NCBI GenBank assembly: GCA_001724265.1
Contig: MEDY01000229.1
Span: 1 to 47,264 of the forward strand
DNA: 47,264 nucleotides
Source: Rhizaria sp. SCN 62-66
Lineage: Eukaryota
Direction: 5' to 3'
A model generated the notes under the pieces. The model was given only the letters and a program-made list of their open reading frames with translations, was not told the origin of the DNA and ran no database searches. Below, piece by piece: positions 22,344 to 34,400 of the stretch. Each line of letters begins with the position of its first letter. The stretch's first letter is position 1. The position numbers and the translations under genes are program-made.

Positions 22344-24284
22344 ATGTCGTCCCTGCTGCACAGTCACGGGCTCGACGACTCGGACCTGGAGACGAGCTAT
22401 CTCACCGCCGCGTCCTCCTCCTCGTCCTCCGCCGCCGCGGCAGCCTCCGCCGCGGCCGCCGCGCGCCTGTTCCCGCGCTCCCCGAGCGACCCCGCGCACC
22501 CGCCGTCCTTTGCCGTCTCCGCCGACGCCGCCACCGGCTCCGGCTCGCACTCGCTCAGCGAGTCCGACCCGACGCGCCCGCCGTCGTGCCGCTCCCCCGC
22601 CTCAGTCGCCTCGCTGGCGTCCTCGGGCGCCGCGAGCTACGCCAACACGGACTCGGCGCTGGCCGCCTACGCAGCCGCGTCGGCCGCGTCCCTGACGCGC
22701 TACGGCAAGTCGGTCCCCTCGGCCGTGGGCGTCATCATGCCGCAGGCCTCGGGCCTCCGCGCGCGCGCCGCGCTGGCGTGGGCGCACTTCCTCGTTCACG
22801 CGCCCAAGGAGGCCTTCATCATGAAGAAGAACTACCGCCTGTTCTTGCTTGGCGCCTTCTTCCAGTACGTGCACTCGGTGGCGCACAACCTGGCCTACTT
22901 CCTCCACATCCCGAAGCAGCCGCTCTACGACCTGGGCTTCGCGGTGCTGCCGGCGATGCCGACGCCCGTGCAGATCGTGTCCGAGATCGCCTTCTTCATC
23001 ATCGTCGTCACCACGATCCTTTTCGCACTATCACCCTTTTTCCACGACAACATCGAGGACGTGCAGGCCTCGCTCCTTGCGGGCTCGCTCACAGCCTTCG
23101 CGCCCACCAACAGCAACAGCAACTATAACTCCGGCAGCTTAGGCTCGCCGCGCACAGGGAGCCGTCGCTTCAACAGTAACAGTAACGCGTTAACCAGCCC
23201 CGGCGGCTCCGTGCACCTGCCGACGCTGCGCAACTCCGCCTCGCACTCACAGGCCAGCCGCTCTGCCCTCGCGCTCAACGGCGGCGGCAACGGCAACGGC
23301 AACAACAACGACGACGACTACGACGGCGGCGTCCACAGCGGCGGCAACAACGGCAGCGCCTCCGAGCATCGCCAGCGCCACCGCGGCACGCACGGCACAC
23401 GTGGCGCTCATGGTCGTATGCTGACGCCGCCCAGCCTCGCCGTGTCGGCGTCCCTCAACCTCAACACGAACAACGCCCACGCCGGCGCCGTCACCGCCAA
23501 TGCCAGCGTCACCACCGTCGCCGGCTCCCCGACTCTCGCCCCCGCGGCGCTGTCGCCGTCTCCCCCGGCCGCCGCCTCCGCCTCCGCGGGAGCAGGAGGA
23601 GCCTCAGGGCTGCCCTCCGCCCTGGCCGTCCCTAGCAATGGTAGCGCCATCGGCACTGGCGGCCACTCGCTGCCGTCGTCGCCCTCTGGCAACAGCGCGA
23701 TGCGCGCGCTCGTGGCGGCGGACTACGCCACCAAGGCCGCCGCGGCCGCCGCCGACGGCGGGTCCGTCAACTGGACGGGCCCGAACCCGCCGCGGTACGT
23801 GGTGCTCTCGCTGGGCCGCTTCTTCGCCGTGCTGGTGCTGGCGCAGGCGATCCGCATCACGTGTTTCCTCGTCACCGCGCTGCCGGGGCCCAACTACCAC
23901 TGCCACCCGTTCTCGCCCCACTATGACCCGCCGACGACGGCGCTTGAGGTGCTCTTCCGCTCTGACGCCTTCTTCTCCTGCGGCGACCTCGTCTTCTCCT
24001 CCCACACGACCTTCATCGTGCTCTGCGCGCTCGCGTATCAGAAGTACGGCCGCATCGGCTGGCTCAAAAAGGCCTTCTGGGTGACCGTACTCTTCTTCGG
24101 CGGGCTCGTCGTGTCGGCGCATAAGCACTACTCGCTTGACATTGTTGTGGCCTTCTACACGGTACCGCTACTCTGGTACGCATACGACATCTACTGCCCC
24201 GACCTGGTGCCGAGCGAGATCGTCGCCTGGGAGGTCGCGCAGGCGCGCGCGCTAAACCCGCGCATCAACGACGTCCTTAACTGA
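22344..24284 (+). CDS. IPCS: Inositol phosphorylceramide synthase (phosphatidylinositol:ceramide inositolphosphotransferase), plant/protist IPCS/ERH1 type, single exon, 646 aa
   Basis: Motifs match plant IPCS in order: FFQYVHSVAHNLAYFLH...PLYDLGF; QAIRITCFLVTALPGPNYHC; SCGDLVFSSHT (D3, catalytic His); HKHYSLDIVVAFYT (D4, catalytic His/Asp). Several hydrophobic TM segments. GCCATGTCG start, TGA stop. Confidence 0.9.
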   Translation: MSSLLHSHGLDDSDLETSYLTAASSSSSSAAAAASAAAAARLFPRSPSDPAHPPSFAVSADAATGSGSHSLSESDPTRPPSCRSPASVASLASSGAASYANTDSALAAYAAASAASLTRYGKSVPSAVGVIMPQASGLRARAALAWAHFLVHAPKEAFIMKKNYRLFLLGAFFQYVHSVAHNLAYFLHIPKQPLYDLGFAVLPAMPTPVQIVSEIAFFIIVVTTILFALSPFFHDNIEDVQASLLAGSLTAFAPTNSNSNYNSGSLGSPRTGSRRFNSNSNALTSPGGSVHLPTLRNSASHSQASRSALALNGGGNGNGNNNDDDYDGGVHSGGNNGSASEHRQRHRGTHGTRGAHGRMLTPPSLAVSASLNLNTNNAHAGAVTANASVTTVAGSPTLAPAALSPSPPAAASASAGAGGASGLPSALAVPSNGSAIGTGGHSLPSSPSGNSAMRALVAADYATKAAAAAADGGSVNWTGPNPPRYVVLSLGRFFAVLVLAQAIRITCFLVTALPGPNYHCHPFSPHYDPPTTALEVLFRSDAFFSCGDLVFSSHTTFIVLCALAYQKYGRIGWLKKAFWVTVLFFGGLVVSAHKHYSLDIVVAFYTVPLLWYAYDIYCPDLVPSEIVAWEVAQARALNPRINDVLN

Positions 24285-25543
24285 TGTGAGCTCTGAGACC
24301 GAGGACGGAGTGACTGACTGTGCGTACAGCAGAGCAGGCTGTGAGTTGAGGTATCCGTAACAGACTGTGAGCGAGTGGCGTCACAGCTGGTGACCGTAAG
24401 CTTAGATGTGTCAATGCTGAGTTCTTGCAGTTATTTGAGAAAGACAATTACATTAGTGTATAAGCTTATTAATAATATTATTCTGTTTTGTAGCTAATAT
24501 GTGTCTTACATTATGTAGTATACCTATTCGTAATCATTGTTTTCTCCAAAGGCCAATCGTGTCGTATGCAATACAATACATGTATCGTTTTGGACTGAGA
24601 AGTGCAGAAGACTTATTTTCATTTTGTTGATGTTTACATTTTGTATTTGATTGTTTTAGGTACGTATTGATGAGAACAAAACACTGATGAAACACACTAG
24701 AGCAACGGCATAATAAGTCACAGAAGCAACAACACAACTTAAAGTGTTGATGCTACAAAACTGCGCCTGCCAGAAAGTCGCTCTGATTTTGTGTGCGTAT
24801 ATGGACAAAGAGAGATGTAAGTATACTAATTAAAAAACGTATGTTACTGATTATATGTTAATTATCCTATATCTACCCCATACATGAAAGCGATATAAAA
24901 CAGCAGCGCTGTCGCAATACAACCAAGCGTGCACACACAACAACAGAGAAACAGCAATACTTGAGTTGTTAATGTTTGTGACGCAACTTGAAAATACAGC
25001 GTGAATGCGCTTTTTGTCCATCTAAGCGTCGTTAGAAGGCGACTGAGACGAAATCTAAGTACCCAGGACGTAGAGAGATACTTAGACGACGAGACTTGAC
25101 TAAGTGTGCAGTGATAGAACAAAACAAACACAAACACAAAAGCGACAAAACCATTGTCGCCTAGTTTCTGTTTTTTTTTTGCTTCTTTCTTTCTTTTTAA
25201 AAACGTTTCACTTCAGCTTTCATGCACACGCGCTCAGAGCGTTGAAAGAAACATGAAGCGAAACCAAGACAATACGGAGACAAAACTGATTGAGGAAACC
25301 AAAAGCAAGCCTAAAATACATCGAAACACAGTGATTAATCACACAACATCGCAGAAGCAAGAAGAAGACAAGACGAAAGCAAAACCACGCCGATCACATG
25401 CCCTTAGACGCTATCTAAGTGCCCCGCGCGCTTTGCCCCTCTCACTCATTCGAACTGTGCTATTCGTTCAGAACAGCTTCTGTTTCTTTCACTGCCCCTT
25501 GCGGTGCTCTTTCGCTGTTCATCGATGTTTCCTCGCTGCGCTT

Positions 25544-28298
25544 TCACTGCTGCGGCTGCTGCTGCTGCTGCTGCTGCACGTCTGGCGCGGGCACGGCGGA
25601 GGGGTAGGCGGACTGCGGCGAGATCACGCCCACCGAGAGCAAGTACTCCAGTCCTTGCAGCGCGGCCGCCTCCCGCGGCGCCATGTCACGGAAGACGTGG
25701 ATGAGCCGCGCGATCGACGGGCGCTCTGCGGGGTCCTCGGACGTGCAGCGCGCGCACAGCAGCTTCATGTCGGCCAACACCTCCGTCTGCCAGTGTGGGT
25801 GCGGGGGTGGGAGTTAGTGTGGAGGGCATGCGAGAGCACAAAAGAGAAAGGAGTGGCATTGAGAGATGAATGAGTGTGATTGATGTGAAAACAGAGTGAA
25901 CATATCTTAACTCGAACAGATAGAAGAGGAAATAAGAGCTATTCCAATCTTACAATGCTTAATATTTAATAAATAGCCGTGATTATTACGTACAATGAGC
26001 CCAGCGTTGCAGAGCACCACCTCCTCAATTTCCTCCTCCTCATCTTCACAGTCGCTCTTTTCGTTGTTGTTGCTGTTGCGGCTCTTGCTAGCGGCAGCAG
26101 CAGCACGGCCATGCTTCTGACCGTGCGCGCTGCCCCCCGCCTTGTTGCTATGGGCAGCGGCGTTGCGCTCCCTGATCTGCTGCGCGAGCGTCACGACGGG
26201 CATCATGCGGGCCTCAATGACCATGAATGCGTCGGCCATCATAACGCCGAAGCCGTAGACGTCGGCCTTGGGGGTAAGTACCCCCTTAGCCGCGACCTCG
26301 GGCGCGCGGTAGCCGTCGGTGCCGATATTATTGCACACGCGGGTGGTCATGTCCGTGGCCAGACCCAGATCCAGCAGCTTCCAGACTTGCTTCGTGTCGG
26401 AGAAGCGCACGTTCTCGGGCTTGAGGTCGTTGTGCGAGATGCCTGAGTCGCAGGAAAGAATTATAAAATGCGAGAAAATGCGATAAAGGTGGATGTGTTA
26501 GCACTTAAAAACGTAATATTAACATAAAATACAACAAAATAAACTTGAATACTAACTTATTCGTAAATAATTGATAATGACGTGGTTATATATCGATATC
26601 GGTGAAAAGGATTGCGAGCGCCGTACCGAGGCGGTGGAGGTAGAGGATGGCGGTAGCGATATGCTCACCCAGCGCAGCCCAGGACCACGTCTGCAGCAGC
26701 GCCTGCTGGCGCGTGACGGCCAGCGAGTCGTCGAGCGAGAGTCCGTCGACGAACTCAAACACGATGCCAGGGCCGTGCGTGCCGTAGAAGCGCAGCAGGT
26801 ACGGGCACTTCCACGTCTCGATCTCGCTGTGTAGGCGATAGAATATCGTAAAAGAGACAAAATGAACATAAAGATCAGTATCTAAATCAAGACAAATAAA
26901 AATATAGAAATTGCAGAATTAAATCTGAATATAACACTTATTTCTCAATAATAATTCATATCGCCGCGATACATCCCGTGTCGAACGTACCGGTACATGA
27001 CGACCTCGTCGAAGCACGTCTCGAAGCTGTCCTTCCACTCGTCCCAGGAGCCCATGAGCGGGTACTTGACCACGACGCGCACCTCGCGCGGCGCGTGGCG
27101 CGCGGCCTCCGCGGCCGCCTCAGCGGCGGCCGCGGCGGCGGCCGCGGCGGCCGCGGCCTCCAGCTCGCGTGCCACGGTCAGCGCGTCGACGACGGGGGGC
27201 AGAGTGTGATTGTTGCCGTGTGCGGGGGTGGCGGGGGCGTGCGAATGCAGCAGCGACGCGGGCGCGTCGGAGCCGCTGCCGCTGCCGCCGTGGCCGTGGC
27301 CGTGGTCAGTGGTGGAGTGGAGACCGACGCTGGCGCTGTTGCTGAGGCCGCGGCCGCGTGTCGCGCGCGCCGCCGCCGCAGGCGCAGGTGTCGCAGCAAC
27401 AACGGCAGCAGCGGCGGCGGCGGTGGGAGCGGGCGTGGTCACACGGCGGGCCCCGCGGCCAGTAGCGGTAGTAGCGCTGGTGGCCGCGGCGGCCGCGGCG
27501 GCGGAGGCGCGGGTGGGGCGGCCGCCGGCCTTGGCCACGCTGCTGACGGCCGGGACAGCCACAGCCGCGGCAGTGACGGCGGCAGAGGCGCGGGTGCGGC
27601 GCGTGCCCTGCGTCTGCGAGTGGCCGTGCGCGGCAGCGGTTCCGGCGGTACGCGTGGCGGCGCGGCGCGTGCGCGGGTGCGCGTTCTCGTTGTTCTCACA
27701 GTCACTGCCATCGTCGCTGCCATCGCCGCCGTGGCCGTGGCGGTGGCGAGTGCAGCTCTCGTCGTCTTCGCCGTGCTCCTCGACGTCGCTGCCCGGGGCG
27801 TCGGGGTCCTCCACGCCAGAGTCGCACCCGCAGTCATCATTGCCGCAGGCGCTGCAGTGGCCCGAGGAAGAGGCGGCGGCGCTGGCGAGCGCGCGGCCGC
27901 CGCGGGCGCGTGTGGTACGCGTGGCCCGCGAGTTCCCGTTGCTATGACTTTCGCTGCTGCTGTTGTTGGTGGTGTCGTCGTTAAAGTCGGAGTCGCGGAC
28001 AAAAGACTCGTCGAGGTCGTTGCCGTCCCCGTCCTCGTCGTCGTCGTTGCTGTTGCTGTTGTTGTTGTTGTTGCGGCTGTTGTGCTGGCGGCGCGGCTGC
28101 TGCTCCTCCGCGATCGGCGCGAACGCGGGCGCGTAGCCGTGGGCCATCAGGTTGCGCGGGGGCAGCCCCGTCGCAGTTGCAGTTGCAGTCGCGGCGGCGT
28201 TGGCGGCGGAGGCGGAGGCACCTGCGGAGGCGGAGGCGGAGGCCACAGCGGAGGCCACGAGCTGCGCGCGGCGGCGCGTCATGGGTGTCTCCGCCACA

Positions 28299-28337
<39 letters not shown>

Positions 28338-29306
28338 GCGGTGGCGGGGCCGAGCGCGGCGGCGGTGCGGGCGGCGGCGCGCGCGGCGACGGCGTCGGCG
28401 GCGCGGTCCTGGCGGCCGATGGTCGACTCGGGCGGAACGGACATGACGCCCGAGTAGAGATACGAGTTAAACGAGTTGATGTCGATCTTGAGCGGGCGCA
28501 ACTCCTTGAGGTGCAACGCGTCGGCGTCGCGCGCGGGCCGCGTGGCCGACTGCGGCATCGCGAGCTTCTCGCGCGTCGCCAGCGGCGTGCGGGGCGTGTT
28601 GGGGTCGGTCAGGCGCGCCAGCACGGACACGCGGTTCGGGGTCACGGTCGGCGCGGCTAGACAGTCAACGATTTGGCGAGTGAAAACAATGTAAATAATC
28701 ACAAAAGAGTTAGGAAATCGTGGGTGTGAGAGATGACTGTGATTTGAGTCGACTATGATGGTCCACTAAAGAGAAACGTGAACGCGGACTGAAGGCGGAC
28801 AGTCGGCGGGCAGGGGCGCTCCGGGGATAGAAACAACATGAAAACGGCGCATAAAAGAAGGTTTGAAATACGATAGTAAAGCATAACGTACAATTCTTAG
28901 AGCTCTTAACTGGAGTGGTGCTGGAGTCGGCATCAGTGCTGGGCGCGGGGGCAGAAATGGCGTTGGAAGCGGTGCGGGCGCGCTTGAGAGTGGAGGTGTT
29001 GCCGGAGACGGTGCGCTTGAGCTGGTTGGTGGGCTTCTGGAGCCCGTCGGCGTGCGCGGTAGCATCGGGAAGGTGGCTGACCAGACGCACGTTCTTAAAC
29101 CGGAGATTGAATGTGTGTGAAAATGAGGGAAGGTGAGTTGGGAGCTCGTGAAAGAACAAACCGGAGCTGGGGCAGCACCTGGGTTGCCAAGAGGCCAGAT
29201 TGTAAGTATAGAAATAACGGGGAAATGACCGCGGCGTGGAGATAATATTATGAAACCAAATACGTACTTGCGTGAGGTCACCGAGTGCACGGCGATTAGA
29301 CGACAT
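25544..29306 (-). CDS. Protein kinase (non-RD, family unassigned), ~932 aa; 6 exons: 29306-29268, 29093-28892, 28656-26991, 26826-26627, 26442-25994, 25786-25544
   Basis: All five introns are GTACG...AG with consistent phases (2,799 nt total). Kinase motifs: VRVVVK (II), FDEVVMY (alphaC Glu), LLRFYG, IVFEFVDG (hinge), ILYLHRLGISHNDLKPEN (VIb), KLLDLGLA (VII), GTDGYRAPE (VIII), ADVYGFG (IX), CTSEDPAERPS (XI). C-terminal poly-Q, TGA stop. Confidence 0.9.
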
Positions 29307-29650
29307 GGGGTTGTTGAAACGCCAGTAAATGTCTTTTCGTCAACTTGGAGCCGTTGGAGCCGTTGATCATCTTGGGGTCGTTGGCAGCAGTTGGCGGCCC
29401 ACCACGGTCGGCGGTGGACACGGTCGTGACTGTGCTCCCGTTATGAAATACTACACAGTGCCGTATCCACCCGATAAAAAGGACTAAAATTTCGTGTCTG
29501 GGGGGTAACATTTAAACGAGTTTTTATATTTTTAATTATATTGTGCTTAGTACTCGCTGTATCTCTGTGTGGATATCCCTACTTTCGCGCCCTCGCCCTT
29601 CTCATTCCACAGCGAGAGCAAAGCAAGCCGTTTGCCGCTGCCATCAGACT
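29307..29650. promoter_or_regulatory. Putative bidirectional promoter between the kinase and TMEM218
   Basis: Head-to-head ATGs (29306 minus, 29651 plus) with only 344 bp between them and an AT-rich core (tttttatatttttaattata, ~29521-29540). Inferred from geometry only. Confidence 0.5.
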
Positions 29651-30538
29651 ATGTTGCTGCCTCCTCTGCTCAAGATTGCCGGGCTCGGCGCCGGCACCTT
29701 CATCATTATCATGGCCATTGTCCTGGGCATCCTCATTGCTCTCGTCGGCTATCAAACCTCCAAGCCCTTGTACGTGACCTCCTCGCTCGACCGACGACTG
29801 TCTCCGCTTAACGACTCTGGCTTGCCACATCAAGCGTGTTCTAGCTCTCTACGATCTCTATTGTGCGATATTCTGTTCTTCATCTTCTTTTACTCTGTGC
29901 TATGGCTCTTTCTTGCATCGAGCTTGCTTTCTTTTCACTCCCTTTTCCTCCTCATGCTCGCAACCACTCACCCTACTCACGACCTTTCCCTCCCGCTTGC
30001 TCGCACGCATTTGGCGCGCTGCAGCCTGTTCATGCTGATCGGCATTCTTATCCCTGTCATCCTCATCATCGTCTTTGCCGCCGTGCCCAAGGGACCCCGA
30101 CCGGTACGTTCTGACTCTCAAACAACCAACTCACTTTCTTAATTCAACTCATGGTTGATCACTACTATATCCTTGACAGCATTTCTCGTTTGCTCGTCTA
30201 AATGCATAATACTTCACCAAATCGCAAAAAGACATTCGCTGTATCTATTCTTTTCTCCAGTGTTTTTCTCTCTCACGAATAATCAATCTCACCGTCCTTT
30301 GTAACTCTCATGGCTGTTGTCACCGTCCTTGCTTCTCTCTTCTATCTTCTATCTCTCGTCTCTCTTCCTCTCCGTCGCCCTCCGCGTCCAGCCGACGGAC
30401 CCGAACGAGAGCGGTGACCCTCTGTGGGGCACGCGCGTGGGCATTACAGTCATGCTGGCGCTGTGCGCCGCCGCGGGGCTAGGTATGGTTCTCATGCAGT
30501 ACGTCATGGCGCCAGTCAAGGCCAGCCGCTTGCGCTGA
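29651..30538 (+). CDS. TMEM218: Transmembrane protein 218 homologue (ciliary transition zone), 114 aa; exons 29651-29769, 30025-30103, 30392-30538
   Basis: Spliced product: MLLPPLLKIAGLGAGTFIIIMAIVLGILIALVGYQTSKPFLFMLIGILIPVILIIVFAAVPKGPRPPTDPNESGDPLWGTRVGITVMLALCAAAGLGMVLMQYVMAPVKASRLR. It has three TM helices, an N-terminal GxGAGxFI, a P[KR] after TM2, a DxxxxxR before TM3 and a C-terminal YVxxPxxA, all as in animal TMEM218 (~115 aa). Both introns are GTACGT...CAG. Confidence 0.85.
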
Positions 30539-31475
30539 GTGGAGTCGCCACACCACGCTACCACGTCACCAAGCAGACAGAGTACAGGGTGTAGAGTGCG
30601 CGTGCGGTGCGGCACGGCCCCGGTCAAGGCGGGGCGGCTGCGCTGAGTGAGAGAGGAACGCAGTCCGTCCGTCATGACGCTGCCCGTTTGCGGTGATGAT
30701 AAGACGAAGCGAAGACTCAACTCGCGACAGTGAGATGCAGAACAGCTTTATTCATGGCTAGAATTGTCACAGTGATAATACTACTTGCAGCAGTTACTTA
30801 CAATTGCAAGGAAGCCATGAGAACAACAACGTTACTTAGACTTGATATTACTTTACATTAGCGACTTTTAATACACTAGTTCATTTAGAATCCTTGTTTC
30901 GTGCACATTGAGAATGAAACAACTACGTAGCTTGTTGTATAAAGTATTATTACTCATGAGTTCGCAAACGGTTTACATGTACTTGTACGTTTGCATATAT
31001 CGCCGCTCGAGCTGCCAGTTAGGCTAACCTTGTATGCAATGCAATGATGACACATGGAGAGAATATTAAACGTTAAACACAAACTGCGACAAAACCGGCA
31101 AAGGATTAAAGGGTAACCAGGCCGTCTGCGCCGTTTGCGACGTACATACGGATGTACTGGACTAATCTAACACTGAAGTAAGAGAGAAAGGGAGAGAAAA
31201 CGACTCGAAGTCACACTGTGCAGCCAACGTGACTGCTGTGGTAGCAGCTAAAACAGACACGAAACAGAGACAAATAGACATTGCTGCTGGTTTATCAGCT
31301 TTAATTAAAAAACATAAATACTAATTGAATAGCACTAACCGCAACATTGAAATCAAATAACAAATACAAAACCAAATCGGACGTTCTTAAAATGTGAAGT
31401 ACAGACACAGTAACCGGGAACCAGACAGGAACCATTCAATATTGAAGCTTAACTTTCAGCCAAAAAAGATAATTA

Positions 31476-34400
31476 CTACTTCTTTGTCGCTACTTCACCG
31501 CTCCGCTGTGCAAGCTCCTCCCGCATCGCCGCAATGACCTCATCGACGGAAATCCACCACAAAACGGTTTTACGCTCCCTGCCGCCGCTACCGCCGACTG
31601 AGCCGTTACCACTCGCACTCGCGCTCGCGGCGGCGGCGGCGGCGGCGGTAGCATAAGCGTCGCTGTGCGCGCGCAGCACGCTGCCGGGCGGTTCTGAATC
31701 GTGCAAGACAGCGTACACGCCCTCAATATCACCCTCGTTGCCGCTCGCAGCGCCGTTAGCGCCCGCATTCGTTGCTGCTGCTGCAGTGTGGGCGGCGTTG
31801 ATTGCGGTCGCGGCGGCGGCGGCGGCGGCGGCGGGCGGCAGCCGCGCGGCGTAATAGTCCTTCGCGAACGCGGTCAGCAGCGTGTTGGCGCCCAAGAACG
31901 CGCCGCGGCCTAAATTCGACACATCCGCAGCACCAGCGCTATGGCTTGGCGAGTGCGTGCTCGCGCCGTGCGCGCCGTTGCCCCCAGAGGGCAGACGCCG
32001 CAGCTGGCCCGCCACGATGACCACGAACGCGTTCGCGAGCGGCGCCAACAGCGCCGCGGCCTCGGCCCCGCTCGCGGTCACGCACGACACGCCAACACCG
32101 CCACCGCCGCCACTGCTGCTGTCTGCCGATGCTGCTGCTGCCGCTGCTGACGCTGCCGTCGACGGCACGGTAACGGTGACTTTGGAGCTGCAGCCGGGCG
32201 GGGAGAACGACAACCGACCGACCCTGGTACCAGCAGCAGCGCCAGAAGCAGCAGCAGTGGTGGTGGCGGTGGCGGCGTGGAGGCGGCCTCCCTGGCCCTG
32301 GCCGTCGCCGTCGGCGCACGTATCGCCGATCTCGACCCGTTGCATGCGCTTGACCAGGCGCAGCAGCTGCAGCCTGTCCAGCAGCGGCAGCGCCACACCC
32401 GCCGTGGCGGCGACCGTGGCCGTGACGGCCTGGTCCAGCGCGCCCAGTAGCAGCGTCACGTCCGCTCGCCCCGTCGGCTGCAGCCGCGCGCTCGCGGGGC
32501 CCGGCGTCCCGAGACCTGGTGTCGCCGCACTGAGACTGAGACCTGGCGTCCCCGCGCCGAGGCCGGCGGCGACGCCGGGGGCGGGCGGGCTCTGGACCTG
32601 CGATGGGGTGCCGCTCGGGATGGGACTGATGATGTAGGCGCCGTTGTTCACGACGACTTTGCGCGCCGGTGACGGCAGCACCAGCGTGCGCGGCCGCAGC
32701 GGCGCCGACTGCGGCGGAATCCCGCCAGAGCCCGCCAGAACAGCGCCGCCGCCACCGCCGCCGCCGCCAGGGAAAGCGCCGCCGTCGAGCTGACCGTGAG
32801 CAGCAAACTGACCGTGGGCGTCGTAGCCAGCACTATCGCTGGGTGTGGTCAGAGAGGCGTAGTTTGCTGACGTCATCAAGTGCTCGACCGTGCTGCCACG
32901 GCGGCGCATCGCGGCGGGTAAGGGCCCCCTTACATTTCCGCTTACATTACCACCGGCGGCAGCGGCGTCGCCTGCGTTCCCGCCGACGACGCTGACGTTG
33001 AGGTCGCCGTAGCCGTAGCCGTGCTCCCCGCCGCCGCGCGCCGTGACTGCGGCGGCGGCCTCTGAGGCGGCGGCCACGGCGGCGGCCGCCGCGGCGGGGT
33101 CAGTCGCGGCGGCCGCGGCGGCGACAAAGCTCTGCAGGCGGCGCTGCTCGTCCTTGATCTGCATCGCCATAATGCGCAGACGCCGCAGCTCGCGCTTGGC
33201 CGCCACCGCAGGGTCCTCGGCCGCCTCCGCGCTGCTCGCATTCGCACTCGTACTCGCGGCGGCGGCGGCGGCAGTGGCGCCCGAGTCAAAACTAGCGCTA
33301 AAGCTGGCGTTGGGGTTGGGGACGTTTGTGTTGCTCAGCGTGCGCGTGTGCGTGCCGACGGAGCGGCTCTGGGCCGCCGCCTGCGACGCTGTGACGCCGC
33401 TGATGCGACTGACGGGTTTGCTCACGCCCGCATTGCCGGCGTAGTGAATGGCGTCTCCGGAGTCCTCAGCGTCGATGAAACCGCCGTCAGCCGCGTGGTC
33501 GCCCGCACTGTTGCTGTGATTCTTCTTGCTGCTGCTGTTGTTGTTATTGCTGCTGCTGTTGTTGTTGTTGTTGTTGTCTTTCTCGCTGAAGATATTCCAG
33601 TCGACGACGGCCGCGCTCGTGGCCGCCGCCACGCCCGCCCGCGCGGCCGCCGCGATGTCGGCGCTGAAGTGGCCGCGGGCGCCCGCATTTGCTTGCGCGC
33701 TGCCACCGGCAGGAGTGTTGTTCTTGTTCGTACTGGCGGTGAGCTCTGCGAGCTCCTTCGATGAGAAGTCGTCGAACTGGTAGCTGCCGCGGCGGGCGCC
33801 CGCGCCGTGGCTGCCGAGCCGCGGCGCAGTGCCAGGAACGACGGGACCACCCCCATGTGTTACCCCATGCGTACTGGGGCTCGCGGCGGCGGGGTGCGGC
33901 GCGTGCGTGCGCGGGCGCAGCGGGGACGAGGCGCCAGCCCCTCCAGCGCCGAAACCAGAGTACTCTCCACTTCCCGCGCCCGCGCCTGGGCCGCCGCGCG
34001 CGGTCTGGGGCGCTGCGACGACGGGTCTGGCCGCGGCGACGGGCACCACGGGGGGCTGATAGCCCGCCAACGCGGCCTGAGACTGCGACAGATGTTGTGA
34101 CTGGTACTGCGCCTGTAACCTCGACTGTGCCTGAATCTGCTGCAACTGCGACCGCGTATCGCTCACCGTTGTTGTGTTGCTAGCGTCGCCGCCATCTGCG
34201 GCGCCGCCGCCGCTGCCCACGGCCTCGTTGGCGTACTGTCTCTCGAAGTCGAGGTGGCTGAAGAGCAGCAGGAACACCCGCCGTGCGATTGCGTAGCACT
34301 CGACAGTCTCGGCGCCCGTGGCGCGCACGGTCGCGGTGCGCGGGACGGGCCGCAGCAGCGCCGCCTCGCCAAAGTACGCGCCCGCGGACAGCACGGCCAC

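Noticed and set aside
24300-25540. Short AT-rich ORFs in convergent intergenic/3' UTR DNA (also 21642-22306 and 44331-45263)
   Set aside because: Composition matches non-coding DNA, with no codon bias or recognisable motifs.
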